From the NCBI GenBank assembly GCA_029953675.1, contig JAMWBK010000007.1, positions 558,001-622,000 of the forward strand: a DNA stretch of 64,000 bases, in the 5' to 3' direction. Positions 38,777 through 50,626 of this stretch are shown here, piece by piece (position 1 is the first letter of the stretch; each line of letters opens with the position of its first letter). The stretch is from Rhodosorus marinus CCMP1338 (lineage: Eukaryota > Plantae > Rhodophyta). Position numbers and translations under genes: made by a program. The notes beneath the pieces were generated by a model. That model was given only the letters and a program-made list of their open reading frames with translations, was not told the origin of the DNA and did no database searches.

Positions 38777-40203
38777 TTACGCGAACTCTCTATTAAAGAG
38801 TTTTGTGGTTTTGACCCTTCTCACGGTCGTACCGCTGTGCCAGCAGCCCTTACCACTGTCACTTTCGCTTGGAACGCCATGACTAGTTTGTGCGCATTTG
38901 CTCGCTACTATCCATGAGCGCGAACGTTTGGCTCCGGCGAAGTCCACGCACGTTGGGAAGATCATAACACCCGAGCTGGCGGTTCGACAGAATAGTCTGC
39001 GGATTGGCAAGTTAACCGAGTAGACAGCCCGATTCCCCGGGAGTCCTTGGGCGAGGGCACGCGCGGCAATGCACCTTGATTCCGTAACGTTTACCTCACC
39101 TCCTCCACTTCTTTTCAAAGATCCTTCCAGCCCCGGTGAGCGGACGGGTTCTTCGCTGATCGCAGCCCACGAGCAGGCCAGGACCAAAGGATCTGGAATG
39201 GAGAACCCAGCACAATCACTGGAGCTTTGAAGGCTTACAGATTGCGTATGCGAGGCAAATTTCAACACCAATAACGCGGATTGGCGAGGAAGAGATAGAA
39301 CATGCAGCTAGTTTCGGACAGAAAACTGGCTCGAATTTATTGTCCAGAAGAAGTCTGGCCAACCTAGCAGGCCCAACCGTGTCGGGCACTAGTGAGAGCG
39401 CTCCTTGAGGAACAGTTCCGCATTGCCCTCCTGGAGAGAGCAAAGTTCCGAAGACGGACTGGAAGGCCAACGATCATCAGTCACTCTTGCAGAAGTTTCC
39501 TTTCATAGTAGAGCAAGCCTCCAAAAGAACATGGATACTGTGTTTTGCGTGCCGTCCACCTGTGATCGTCTAACAGCACACACTGATTCGCAATCGAGGG
39601 TTGAGCAGGAAGCTCCAAACAGACAAGGACCTCGCTGGCAAAATGTTGGTCTCGCACAGTCTTCGGCGGTGGCGCTCGACCGTCCTCTGCTCCAAATGGT
39701 GTGCGGGAATTCGATCAGAAGATTGTGTTCTCCCAAGGGCGTCAGCTCCGAAGCTTGGGTTTCCGGTGTACATATTGAAGGCTCATCGTTGCCCAAAATT
39801 GGAGTCAGCGATCGAATATTATACATATAAGATCTTCGTGGGCGTCATATCGCTTTTCCATACCCGCTACAGCACCTCAGTCACACCGACGAAACTGGAG
39901 TCCACAAACCTTGCCGCCACCGAGGTGCACGCTGCTCCACCCCAAATCGGGTTATCACGTTGGCGAAAAACGTCTCGATCCCTTTGGAAAGGAATCCCTA
40001 TTTATCTCAAGGATCCAATCGTTTCGATGACATCACCCGCTGCAAGAATTGCGATCGCGACTCCTCCGTGTCCTCAGGTAGGAAAGATCTTTCTTGGCGT
40101 CTCATCAGAGGTACGTCTCAAGGGGAACACCCATCATATTTTTGTGGTGAAACTCAATCGTCACAGGCAGTGCTGTTCGTCAATTTATGCTCCCGTTGCC
40201 TAG
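38777..40203. other. Unresolved putative coding region (long ORFs on both strands)
   Basis: ORFs 39405-39830 and 39601-40203 (+) and 38777-39271, 39216-39470 and 39503-39826 (-). The coding strand could not be determined and no family was recognised. Confidence 0.25.
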
Positions 40204-40229
40204 TTTCTTTTTTCCAGCTCGGGGGGGGT

Positions 40230-42756
40230 CTATTCACCACCGTCTCCCGCTTCTGCGAAAGACGCGTCAAGAGCGGCTGGCGTCGAATCTGTTCCTGACT
40301 TTATCGGCTCTTCCGGTGAAGGTTCGGATGCTGTGTCTCCGGGAGGCTTCTCCGTGGCTCTCGAAACTTCAGCAGGGCCTAAGCTCCGCGAGCCAGTATC
40401 GGAGCTGACGTCTTTCTCTTGACCATTTTGCACCGCGCTTGCAGCGTAGGATTCACCAGCTCTTCCATCCCATCCATGCGGCATCGATTCCTCGATTGGC
40501 GCGGTACCGGGGAGATTTTCCGCTCCGTTACCATCTCCTGTCGGAGTGGCTTCCACGGCGTCCACGTTCTCCTGCTCGGGACCAGAGCCTGACGCTGTTG
40601 CGTTCTTGGTCGAACCCCTAGCTTGTCTACGGTTGCCGCTTTCTCCTGACGATCCGTGGTGACCTCCAGGGGTGTTGCCGGCCATCGGCGAATAACTGCC
40701 AGGCGGTGGTGCCGTCGCATAGATCATTCCCTGGTGAATAAACTGTCAATACAAACAAACATACGAGATGAATACAAAGAAGCACGTCGACGACTTGCTT
40801 AAGGCATGACCCTGGGATCTCACCTGCTGGGGTTGATTTGGGACAGGTACAAGGTTTACTGGCATGACCGGGACGCCCGGGTTCACATACCTGCCAACCT
40901 GCGGGGGCTGTTGTCAAGAACGCACGTGATTTAGATTCATGGAAGTCGGATCTGGTCAGGATGTGGAGATCATACCGGAACCATTGGAATGCCCATCCTA
41001 TGCTGGGGTACATACGACACTGGCATCATCGCCCCACGACCGCCTCCAGGCCAGCCCATGAAGTTGGCATTCATCATAGGTGGCTGCTGTGCGAAGACTT
41101 CTCCTGAGGCTGGCATTGTTCTTCTCATGTCGCCCTGCGGTACGCCATAGAAAGTATTCGCTGGGTTTGCGTTTCCGCCGGAGGGGGCAGATGGCCGGAA
41201 CTCCTCCGCGTTCGGGTTGAACTTGAACTTACTCTTCTTCTTCCCTGCTGCTGGTGCTGCGGTGGTGGCGTTCTTCTCCTTCGCAACCTTCTCAACTTCA
41301 ACGGTTGTATCCGCTGTTTCCTTGGCCGCGACCTCCGCCTTGTTCATTTCTTGTGCAGAGCCACCCGCAGTACCCTTGTGTGCTTGCTCCACAACACCAT
41401 CGGTGGCCGCAGTGGTTGAGCTCTTCCGCTCTGCGTCCTGAGCAACGGCAGGAACAGACCTGTTCGTCCCGCCTTTCGCCGCGGCTGTGCGTTGAGCTTC
41501 TTTCTGTGCGCCGGCGGCGAGGTTTCCGAGTTTCTGTTTCGGAGATCCGGATGGTCTCGTTGCGGCGGGTTCGGATGGTTTCGTAGCGGCGGGTTCGGAT
41601 GGTTTCGTAGCGGCGGGTTCTGATGCTTTCGGTTTCTGCGTATCACCGGAGCTCGCGAGGTCGTCCACTAATCTAGCCTGTGCAGCAGTCATCGCCGCGG
41701 GGGTGGCGCCGCCCGTGTCCGTCCGCTGCATGCCGGCCTCTCCAGGTACAGCCTTCAGAATCGATTTATCGGCCATCCTCAGATCCCTTGTGGAATCATG
41801 ATTCTCAGTAGCCACAGTTTCACTCATTGGTTCCTGAGGAATCACCGAGCTGAACAGATCCTCCTCATCATACCCAGATTCCTGGAGCTGACCACGTTCA
41901 CTCTTCATGTGCAAGTTCTTGGTAGATTTGCCTTCTATTTCAGCAGCGATCTGAAGGATTTTTGGAGCGAACAGGACCACAGAAATTCAGTGATGGAGGT
42001 CTTCAACGTCCGAGGTGCAAAAAGAAGTGGTCAGTGACATACCTTGGCGGCGGCCTGCTCTTTCTCCTTGAAGTCTGGCGTGCTTTTATCAAGTACAGTG
42101 GTATATTCATTCTCATCAAAGGAAGTTGTGACGCCAAACTTCTTCTTGTTGATTGCAAACTGATCCCAAGCGTCGCCTCTTCCTGATAACTTACCAGAGG
42201 TCAGGTCGCCCGTGGGCGGCGCATCTGCTCCAGCATAATCATCAAAGCGTTTCAGCTCCCTCGGCCCGTCTGCTCCTCCCTTTCCGCTGATCTGCTTGTC
42301 AGTTTGGAAACCACCCTTCCCGCGCTTGTCCATGTCCTTGCTTCTCTTAACAAACTCTTCGATGCTGACCTCCTCTGCCAATATTTGTACCAAATCCGCC
42401 GATTCAACAATAACAGTCGGTATGAACTGGTCAGCAGTTGAGCACACACCCCCATGCTCCCTAAGCTTCCTCGCGAAGTGTAAAACAACGCCACTATCCG
42501 TAGAATCAACCGCACAAGTATGCAGCACGCCTTGATAGAGATCGCTGCCTCTCGTTTCTACCTTGACCTCTTCACCAATCAAATGTGACATACAGAACAG
42601 CATTCTCTCATGGTGATGCTTCCCTCCCGAGCTCCCCCTCCCGCTGCTTCTCGCCATACTTCCCCTAAGACTACTGCTTGAAACACCAGCTTCCGAATTC
42701 GGTCCACCCCCTCCCTTATGTTGCCTCGGGCTTCCACGAAATGAGTTGCGACTCAT
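40230..42756 (-). CDS. Ataxin-2/Pbp1 family RNA-binding protein
   Basis: LSm domain (HERMLFCMSHLIGEEVKVETRGSDLYQGVLH), FQTDKQIS, LsmAD (WDQFAINKKKFGVTTSFDENEYTTVLD) and PAM2 motif (KFKFNPNAEEFRP). Confidence 0.93.
41551..41625 (-). repeat. 24-bp coding tandem repeat, 3 copies (SEPAATKP) in Ataxin-2
   Basis: GCGGCGGGTTCGGATGGTTTCGTA repeated in the plus strand. Confidence 0.9.
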
Positions 42757-43634
42757 CTCCCCACCGCCCCCCCTCCCCCTCCACCCCACCCTAAAAATAT
42801 CTAACCAAACCCCAGATCTGCTACAAACCTCCCCTTGCTAAACGCAATTCTACCCCTCAAGCAAAATTACTACCTTCAAAAAAAAACACCGTTTCCTAGT
42901 AAAAACTGCGAAACCAATAAAAACACTTCAAAAGCCTTACAAAAAAAGAATACTTTATGTTCAGATCTTATCATACAAGAGCCCTCAAATCTTCTCACCC
43001 CTCGGCCTTCCTGCCACCCGCCCAAAATCCCCCCCCCACAGCATCCTCACTCTTCACCTCTTGTCGGGAAGGTGGCCGCTGTCAAATACCGTCCCTCTCC
43101 TCCGCTTTCTAATCCCATATGCCATTTTTATGCTGGTTTAAGCATATCGAGCGTAAAAAAGGCGTTTAGGACATTTTATGTACGATTTAGTAGCAATATT
43201 GTCTATATTATGGAGTCATAAATGATCCACGATTAAGTTGAAAATGGCTTAGTCTGGATTCAAGAGGAGAACCGCGAGTATGCATTTTGTACTTCATATG
43301 AAATCAGCAGTCTCCGCTCGTTAGAAAGGATTCAAACTAGATTGGAGAGGAAGAATCGAATACTTCAGTCATTCTAGCACCTCTGGGCGGGCATGTCGAC
43401 GAGACCGCGGATAGTCAAACGTACCGGCTCTTTCGGCTTCCTGAATCGTGAAAAAGGTTTGTCCCAAGTGCCCCGGAAAATTGGTGAGTCTCGGTGAGCT
43501 AGGGGCTTGGTAGAGAGCGGAGCTTGAAAAGAGACCTAAAGGGGGCCATAATTTCGAAACCTAGCACGCTGGCCGGGCTAGGATTAGCATTATGGCTCTT
43601 CTAGGTTTAGCACGCTGGCTGTGGCTTCTGAACC

Positions 43635-43716
43635 TGTCTTTGTTAGAACGTGACATCTCGCTGAAAAGCAGTTATGCCACTGCTTTTCAGCGAGATGTCA
43701 CGTTCTAACAAAGACA
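43635..43716. repeat. Perfect 38-bp inverted repeat with 6-nt loop
   Basis: Arm 43635-43672 TGTCTTTGTTAGAACGTGACATCTCGCTGAAAAGCAGT, loop TATGCC, and the exact reverse complement at 43679-43716. Confidence 0.98.
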
Positions 43717-44326
43717 CTGTGTTCCCTTTCAACATAACCCAGATCGAGCTTCTCAGCCGGGCAAACGGAAATTTAGCTACTGACTAGGATCTGAATGCTT
43801 CTGAGAAATTTGCGAGAATGGGATGTATGATATTGAAGATGACGCATAGTAAGATCACCACAACTTTGCACTCTGCTCCTAGACTGTATATCAAGTCATT
43901 TCGCAGCCAGTAGCTGACCGCGTACACAAAAACGGCACATACGTTTTAAACCTCTCCTTCCGTTCAATCACCAGTCCGCGCAGGGATCGTTCTCTACCAC
44001 TTCTAATGCGAGTGTTCAGGCCCCACCCCAAAATGATCCGATCAGTGAAACTTCACCTACGCGCTTTCGTCCTCTTTCTCGACCAGATGGCCAAAATCTC
44101 CTAAGAGATCGCCCATCCAATGCCGAAGGAGATTGAGGCGTGAGGGATCGATTTATCACAATGATTCCGTCTGGTTTTGGGTTACAAGCTTTGCCCAAGT
44201 TTTGCTTTTGATTTGTTTTACAGACAAAGACTTTCTGCTTTCGTTCTCTCTCTGTACTTCGCCGAAGTCATTCTGAGAGATCTGTTTGGTGTTGGCTTTG
44301 GTTCGACTCGAGAAGAGATACTGGCT

Positions 44327-45302
44327 ATGAATTTTGTTTCAACCTTGTACTTAAGGAGATCTGACGCTCATGGTCAACAAACATGCACGTTTTCATCTTC
44401 AAGAACAGGATTTTTGGGTTCGAGGGTTGTAACGGAACGCAATCCTACTCGGGTTGATGAGTCACGGTAAGCGAGAGCTTACATGTCAGAAAAAAATCCT
44501 GGAATTGATAGGGAATCAAACGCTCTTCGTGTTTGGCTCTTGCCACCAGGTTGGAGTCGTTGGAAACGCAACCTCAAGGAAGAAGAACCACATGGAAGGC
44601 ATCCGCCCTGCACAATAGAAAACCTGCTCGACCACAGGTGCTACATCGGATCTTTGCGAGTCTGATGTATCTTATTCCATACCTCGATGTACTTGTGTTC
44701 GGCGAGTTTGTCTTCAGGAAGGTGATCATTAGCTTTCCTGTCTCCCAACGAGGGGAGTATCTTTAGCAAAAACCCGCAAAGGGCCCGTCCTTACCGCCAA
44801 AACTTTCTATGCGACATTCGTTTTAGATGCCGATGATCAAGACGTTTCTCGTGGCTCCTTTTGCACCCATCCTGATGATTTACCGAGGGATCCCTTTCGT
44901 TGCGTTTGCTGTCTACTTACTGGTCTACTTCTTGGTCGGAAAGAACAGGAATAACAGCTACTTCATTAGGTATAACGCTCACCAGGCGATTCTCTTGGAT
45001 ATTGCAATCCTGCTTCCACAGCTGCTGTTCATCTTCATGACAAACTTTCCCCCCTTCTTCCTCGAAGGGATAAGCAATGCCGTGTTCTTTCTCATGGTGA
45101 GTGCTCTTGACCTAGTCTCTCATCAGCAACATGTTAAGCCCAGAACTTCCTTTTCTATGGATATCCACTATCGCCTGTTCAGATTGGGGCGGTTGGATAC
45201 TCCATCTCGAGGATAGCGCAAGGAAGAATTCCTACTGAAGTTCCGTTGATCAGTGGCGCCGTTCAGAGTCAGATCGGACCCGTTGATGAAGATGATGTAT
45301 AA
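44327..45302 (+). CDS. TIC20: Plastid inner-envelope translocon Tic20 family protein, 4 exons
   Basis: Transit peptide MNFVSTL...; RIFASLMYLIPYLD; SYFIRYNAHQAILLDI; C-terminal QGRIPTEVPLISGAVQSQI. Confidence 0.9.
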
Positions 45303-48225
45303 CAGTCAACGTTGGAGTGTGTTCTTCGGTAGTGTTCCTGTTTCTGTTCCCTTCTGGTGCTGGCAGCGCCAAGCTCACGATGGAAATTCTGGAGTAGGAG
45401 AGCTCTCGACGCTTCAATGGAGTTCTTTCCTGAAACCCTTTGATTCTGTCCTTTTGTTGTTGATTAACTTTATCGATGATCTCCAATACGGAGTCAAACA
45501 CCCACTAAACGAATTTCTAAACGGTTACATGATTGAAGATTAGCTCGAGAGCCGCTAAGGTTGGCCAATTTGAAACACCAACCAGAAGGCACTTTGTCCG
45601 AAGCTTAAGATCGCTTCGTGCATCTTCCTTGTCAGTGGAGAGGGTGGGTTCGTTGACAAGTAGTAGAATACTCAATACTCATCGTGGCATGCGGAACTCG
45701 CACGAGGAAGACTTCATGGTGTGTTGCTAGTGGATTCCGATGGATGGTTCCAAGGGACCCTCTCAAAAGGCAAACGAGTGCAGTGAAACGGGATGTTGGT
45801 TTTATTCAGCGCTGTTTGCTCTACCTGCAGAAGTGCAGGTGGAAAAATCTCAGGGGCCGAGCCGATCTCCGGGGTTTGTAGTGCTTCCAAGGAGCTCCAT
45901 TAGAGCTATCGGGAGGCCTCGTTTTTCATTGGAGCGATATGTTGAGGGGCCGGACACTTCGATCTCAGCAAGTCCCGAGCCGTAAGGTTCGAGCAGATCC
46001 CACGCCAACTCGTTTTCAAGAGTGCTCCTCTTCTAAAAGGCAACATCGTCGGCAAAAGTGTAGCTGATAATTTGGTCGGAAATTCGTTGAGAACTATCGC
46101 TTGCACGGTCGTGGTTCCGATGAGCGCAAAGACTCCGCGCAACGAATAGTCAAAAAATCAGGCACGGCAGCAGTCCTACCGCCGTCCTCTCCATTTCCCC
46201 TTGAGAAGACCTAGGCCTTTCGAATCTCGTCTCTAGGCGTTCAATTCGTCTCTTTGCAATCTTTTTCTCAAGTGTTGTCCTTGCTGAATGCTCCCTGGAA
46301 TCTTACTCAGTTTCCTTTGTTGATGAGCTCTAATGGAGCCCTTTGAGCGGATGAAATTGGTGAAGGGTATTTATAACCCGAAAAGGTTGGTGAACGTCCG
46401 GCGATTTGCAGAAGCTGAGGAGCTCATTTACCTCGTCCTGTTTTCTCCATTTGCCGCCCTCACACTCGCCATACCAAGTGCTCTGTGCTCAAGGCCAACC
46501 GATTTGATTTCGGGTCATGATGGAGAAAATGAACTTGACTTGAACGGCCTTGCTGGATGTTAGCCTCCGTGGTTTTAACAAGTTCTTAACCTTATTCCAA
46601 AATAAGTTTGTAAGCAGCTGTTCCTGCAAGAATTATAGATCGATCACGGCAATGGGGACTGATGATAGTTCTCTCAACAGTGCAAAATCCAGTATGAATA
46701 GCAAATTTCCAGTATGGATGATACTATAGCGAAAGTGATGTTTTGGCGAGAAGTTTTTATGACTTGTAAGCTAAAGCCAAAACACTCAATAACGAAGGGT
46801 ACGAGTCGATGAGCTAAAACAGAAGCTCGAATTCCAGGGGGAAGACAAAGCCCCTGCGTCTTTCGTTCTTTGTGACCCGCATAGTTGCAAGCGGCAAATC
46901 CTCGATCCTCGGCGCTTCGCCGAAGCCGGTAGACAACGGCTGGCCTGAGGATAGGGAACAGCAAGGTCAACGTACGCAGCGTCGGCTATCTTTTCACAAG
47001 TAACCACCAGGTCTGCAACACGGCGCTTCATTCTGGTGTGTATTGGCGTCTGACCGACCGTCATAGGGCAAGGACTCTAGCTGTTCAAAGAAGTGCGAAC
47101 TTTGCAGAAATATCACGTACCACGCCAATCGGGGGTCTCTCTGGGCCTCTTTTATCACCAAGGATGGTGTGCGCCCGAGAGTTTAGAAGAGCAGCTGCAT
47201 GACCATATCCAGCTCGTATGCAGAGGGTTCCCGATCAAGTTTGTCAATGAGATGCTCTGCTGGCTGTTAAGACCCATCTAGCACTGAGAGCCACCGGGTT
47301 CAAGATCCTCGAACACCAGTAGACGTAATCATCTTTTTTTGTCCCATTGTATACGAAGATCGGCACTGTTGAGCGTGATAGACCTCGTTTGGGAAGTGGG
47401 GGCAGGCTTTCTGTCTGAGTTTACCTCGGCGGCGCGGTGGTCGGTGGTGGTTGAGTCTCTAGAAGTTGCTCTTCATCAACGTTGAGGTTTACCGGGGAGG
47501 ATGGAGCGGAAACACCGACATTGTCAGTGTCCATGGGCGCGGCACCATCATGAGTCACCTTTAGGAAAACGTAGTCTTCCACCACCGAGAGGAGCAAGGA
47601 AAGAAAGAAGGGCGCGAACAAATAAGTCTCACGCACTGGGCTCACAACCTATGTTAGTCTGCAGCGATGAGAGGGCTGGAACAATTTATCCCCATTGAAT
47701 GAGTTTGTTTAATTGCGGCGTCAGTTGGAATCCCGTCACTGGGGATTGTACGGCAGGTGCGCAACTCTATTGCGGATCTCGCCATCGAGGATGCCAACTG
47801 GCTGAGGAACACGTATGTGGACCTAACGCTCCCTTGTCCCCGCGCGGCCCGCTACTTGCCTGCAGCCTCCCGTAGTAGGGGCGCTGCTGCGAATACTATG
47901 CATAGCCCTAAGGAGTAGTGTACGCGAAGGCGCTAACCAACGCTGTAGCTTTGCGGTCTGCGCTCGCTTATCTGTTTGCTCAACTTGTCATAGAAGTTGT
48001 TGCCTGCTTCGCTGGTTTACTGGAAAACTAATAACCCCACGTGGGTGTCCTACGAGAGGGAAGAGGGAGTCGCAAGTGTGTGGGCTGTGACGCTGCCCTA
48101 GTTTTGGAGGTGCGCTCTCTACGACCTTCCTGGATTGTCCTCGTGAACAATCCGTCCATCAGATGATGCATCTGATTCGGCCGTGCACCGGAGGGCTTGC
48201 AACTCACACCGTCGTGAGGAGCTCC

Positions 48226-50211
48226 TCAGATTCGACCGAACATGATCTTGCACTCATCCGACCCCAGGTTTCCAGTAGCCATGATCTTTCCATCTGATGT
48301 GGCTCGGAGACAGCCCAGACTCTCGTCGTAAGGTGTGAGCTGCATGAAACCGCTCGTTGTTATTGTCATGTGGAACATGGTCTTCTTGTAATATCCTTTG
48401 CCCTTGGCACTGACCAGGCCCGTCTGACTGCTCACAGCAAGGTACGTTCCAGAATTCATCGATTTGAACTGAACTAGTCCACCAGTACGACTTGCTACCT
48501 TGAAAGCAAGCGACGCGTGCATTCCTTTGAACTGAATCAAGTTCCTCGCGTTGACATAGCCATCCCTGGAAGCCCTGAGAGGAGCATTGACGGAGCTCAT
48601 CCGAAGTGTGATCGTGCTACCGACTGAAGGATACCCCGCGTGTACCCCGCTAATTGTAAACTTCATGTTCTCATCTGACTGCACTGCACTAGCGAAAATT
48701 CGGTTCCGTGGGTTCCCCTCGTCTTTTAGAGCTCCAAACCCTTGAGTTAGGAAATTAACACTTCCCTCTCCAAGATCCTTGATTCGAAAAAGACTGCTCG
48801 TCTTCACATTTTCCACATCGTACGGCTCATCGGCAGTCATATATAATGGGGAGGAAGCGGAGGCCGGCTTAAGACTTGCCACCAAGCCGTTCTGCACAGA
48901 TCGGAGTGAGATATAACCATCTTCTCCTAACACGTTCAAGACCATCCACTGCGTCGAGATCACGGTTCGCTCTTTTCTCGCTGTAACCCCGTCAACCTCC
49001 TCCGGTATGTAGGGTGTAGGTAACGATAAATATAAATTGTTAAACAAGGACTTGATCGATATCACGTCGCCGGATTTTAGCAGTGCTGTGTCAACCGGAA
49101 AATCTCCTGCAACGACCTCGGCGAAACCTCCGAGCGCGGTAGCAAGGAAGCCACGGCGGGTCTTCGCCAGATACGAGCGAAATGACGGGGGCAAAGAAAA
49201 ATCCCCTTCAATGTTTCCGCTGGAGTCGACTTTGACCACCCAAGGCCCCGTACCCGGCGCCATCTTGTCTCCACCACGCCCAGAACTAGTGAAACCAAAA
49301 AGACTTACGCCATCGTCATCATTAGCAACAAGAGAAATTAACTCATCACTTCCATCGGCCACGACAGTCTTAGTCCACAGGATATTTCCATTCTTTCCCA
49401 GTTTGGAAACTCTATAATCGCTTGCGTCCGTTGGCCCATCATATCCGAAGTAAAAACCATATTTGAACTGCTCTGTATGATTGGTCGTGCACCCGCAGTA
49501 GTAGCTACCTCCCGATGAGAGCACCGGCACCAAACGATTTTTGGTGCCGCAATTTACTTCCAGGTCTGTTCCCCAGAGTATCGTGCCATCCGGCGCCAGC
49601 TTTAACACCCCAACACGTTTTTCGTCTACGTTCCTTGACACGAGGATGTGAAGGTCTTCAACTTCAACTATGCCACCATCAGCGAGAATGTACTCTTGCC
49701 ACTGGACGTTACCATCTGGGTCGTACTTGACGAGTTTATGATCATCGGATAGAACGGACCCGTCGCTGAGCATCCAGATATCTTCTGGATAAGCATCCTC
49801 ATGCATAACATACGGGGCGGTCCAGACCAATTGTCCAGTGGAATCAAACCTTCTAACCTCACCCTCAACGAAGTCATCCAGATTCCCTCCAAAAAGTTCC
49901 CTAGTTTCTCTGGAAAGACGCCCCTGTGAATAGTCCTTCGTGACGAAAGAGCCATCGCTTCGCCCGGATACCCATTCGCACCGGCCTCCCAAGTCGGTAC
50001 GCTCTAGAATAATATCTCCGGTGTCCCTACTAATGTGCACGTACCGACAGCCGAGAAATACTGCAGCAAAGTCGCCACTGTCCAGCTCCCAAATTCGGTG
50101 CGGCCGAAAATCGCTTACTTCGAACGAGAGCAGATAGTCAATCACCCCTCCATGGATTCCACAGACCAGCAGCAGCACAATCACTGAACAAAAGTTCCTC
50201 ACAACCCTCAT
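48226..50211 (-). CDS. Intronless secreted protein: bacterial-type beta-propeller repeats plus C-terminal fascin-like beta-trefoil domains
   Basis: Signal peptide MRVVRNFCSVIVLLLVCGIHG. Repeats such as KYDPDGNVQWQ, KLAPDGTILWG, DYRVSKLGKNGNILWTKT..DGSDEL.SL and WVVKVDSSGN. The C-terminal repeats (ISIKSLFNNLYLS, ISLRSVQNG, VQFKSMNSGTYLAV) are fascin-like. 661 codons without introns. Confidence 0.8.
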   Translation of the reverse strand: MRVVRNFCSVIVLLLVCGIHGGVIDYLLSFEVSDFRPHRIWELDSGDFAAVFLGCRYVHISRDTGDIILERTDLGGRCEWVSGRSDGSFVTKDYSQGRLSRETRELFGGNLDDFVEGEVRRFDSTGQLVWTAPYVMHEDAYPEDIWMLSDGSVLSDDHKLVKYDPDGNVQWQEYILADGGIVEVEDLHILVSRNVDEKRVGVLKLAPDGTILWGTDLEVNCGTKNRLVPVLSSGGSYYCGCTTNHTEQFKYGFYFGYDGPTDASDYRVSKLGKNGNILWTKTVVADGSDELISLVANDDDGVSLFGFTSSGRGGDKMAPGTGPWVVKVDSSGNIEGDFSLPPSFRSYLAKTRRGFLATALGGFAEVVAGDFPVDTALLKSGDVISIKSLFNNLYLSLPTPYIPEEVDGVTARKERTVISTQWMVLNVLGEDGYISLRSVQNGLVASLKPASASSPLYMTADEPYDVENVKTSSLFRIKDLGEGSVNFLTQGFGALKDEGNPRNRIFASAVQSDENMKFTISGVHAGYPSVGSTITLRMSSVNAPLRASRDGYVNARNLIQFKGMHASLAFKVASRTGGLVQFKSMNSGTYLAVSSQTGLVSAKGKGYYKKTMFHMTITTSGFMQLTPYDESLGCLRATSDGKIMATGNLGSDECKIMFGRI

Positions 50212-50505
50212 AGCACGTATCCAAACCCAAAACTCTACACAACCGGATGACAAGTTCTGTTCCCAGAACACGCGACCCTAACACGAACTGCTGCCCGCGC
50301 GCCTAGGCTCCCCTTCACTCCCCATCTGCATTTCCAAACCTAAACTATGCCCTCAAATAACAGGGTCTATATACAATATGCAGTAGTCCCAATTTGGGAG
50401 CCTCCTTGGGGGAAGTCCCAATGCCATCCTAACCCTCTCCGACACAAAACCATTCTGCATGGTCCATTGTACAAAACTAAAACTAACGTAACAAACTCAC
50501 AAAAA

Positions 50506-50626
50506 TTATAATATTGCGGATATATTTAGAAAAGTGTATCAAATCCACTTAAGCCAAGCACAAAATAAAAGGACCAATTTATAATATTACGGATATATTT
50601 AAGCCTGTGTATCGATCCGCTGAAGC
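50506..50626. repeat. Two ~48-bp AT-rich direct repeats, 73-bp period
   Basis: TTATAATATT(G/A)CGGATATATTTA....GTGTATC at 50506 and 50579, upstream of the secreted-protein gene. Confidence 0.8.

Noticed and set aside
48036-48052. Helitron 3' end (palindrome CCCACGTGGG followed by CTAC; CTAG in the 50.7 kb copy)
   Set aside because: The CTRR terminus is imperfect in one copy, there is no A|T insertion context, and no Rep/helicase or 5' TC end was found.
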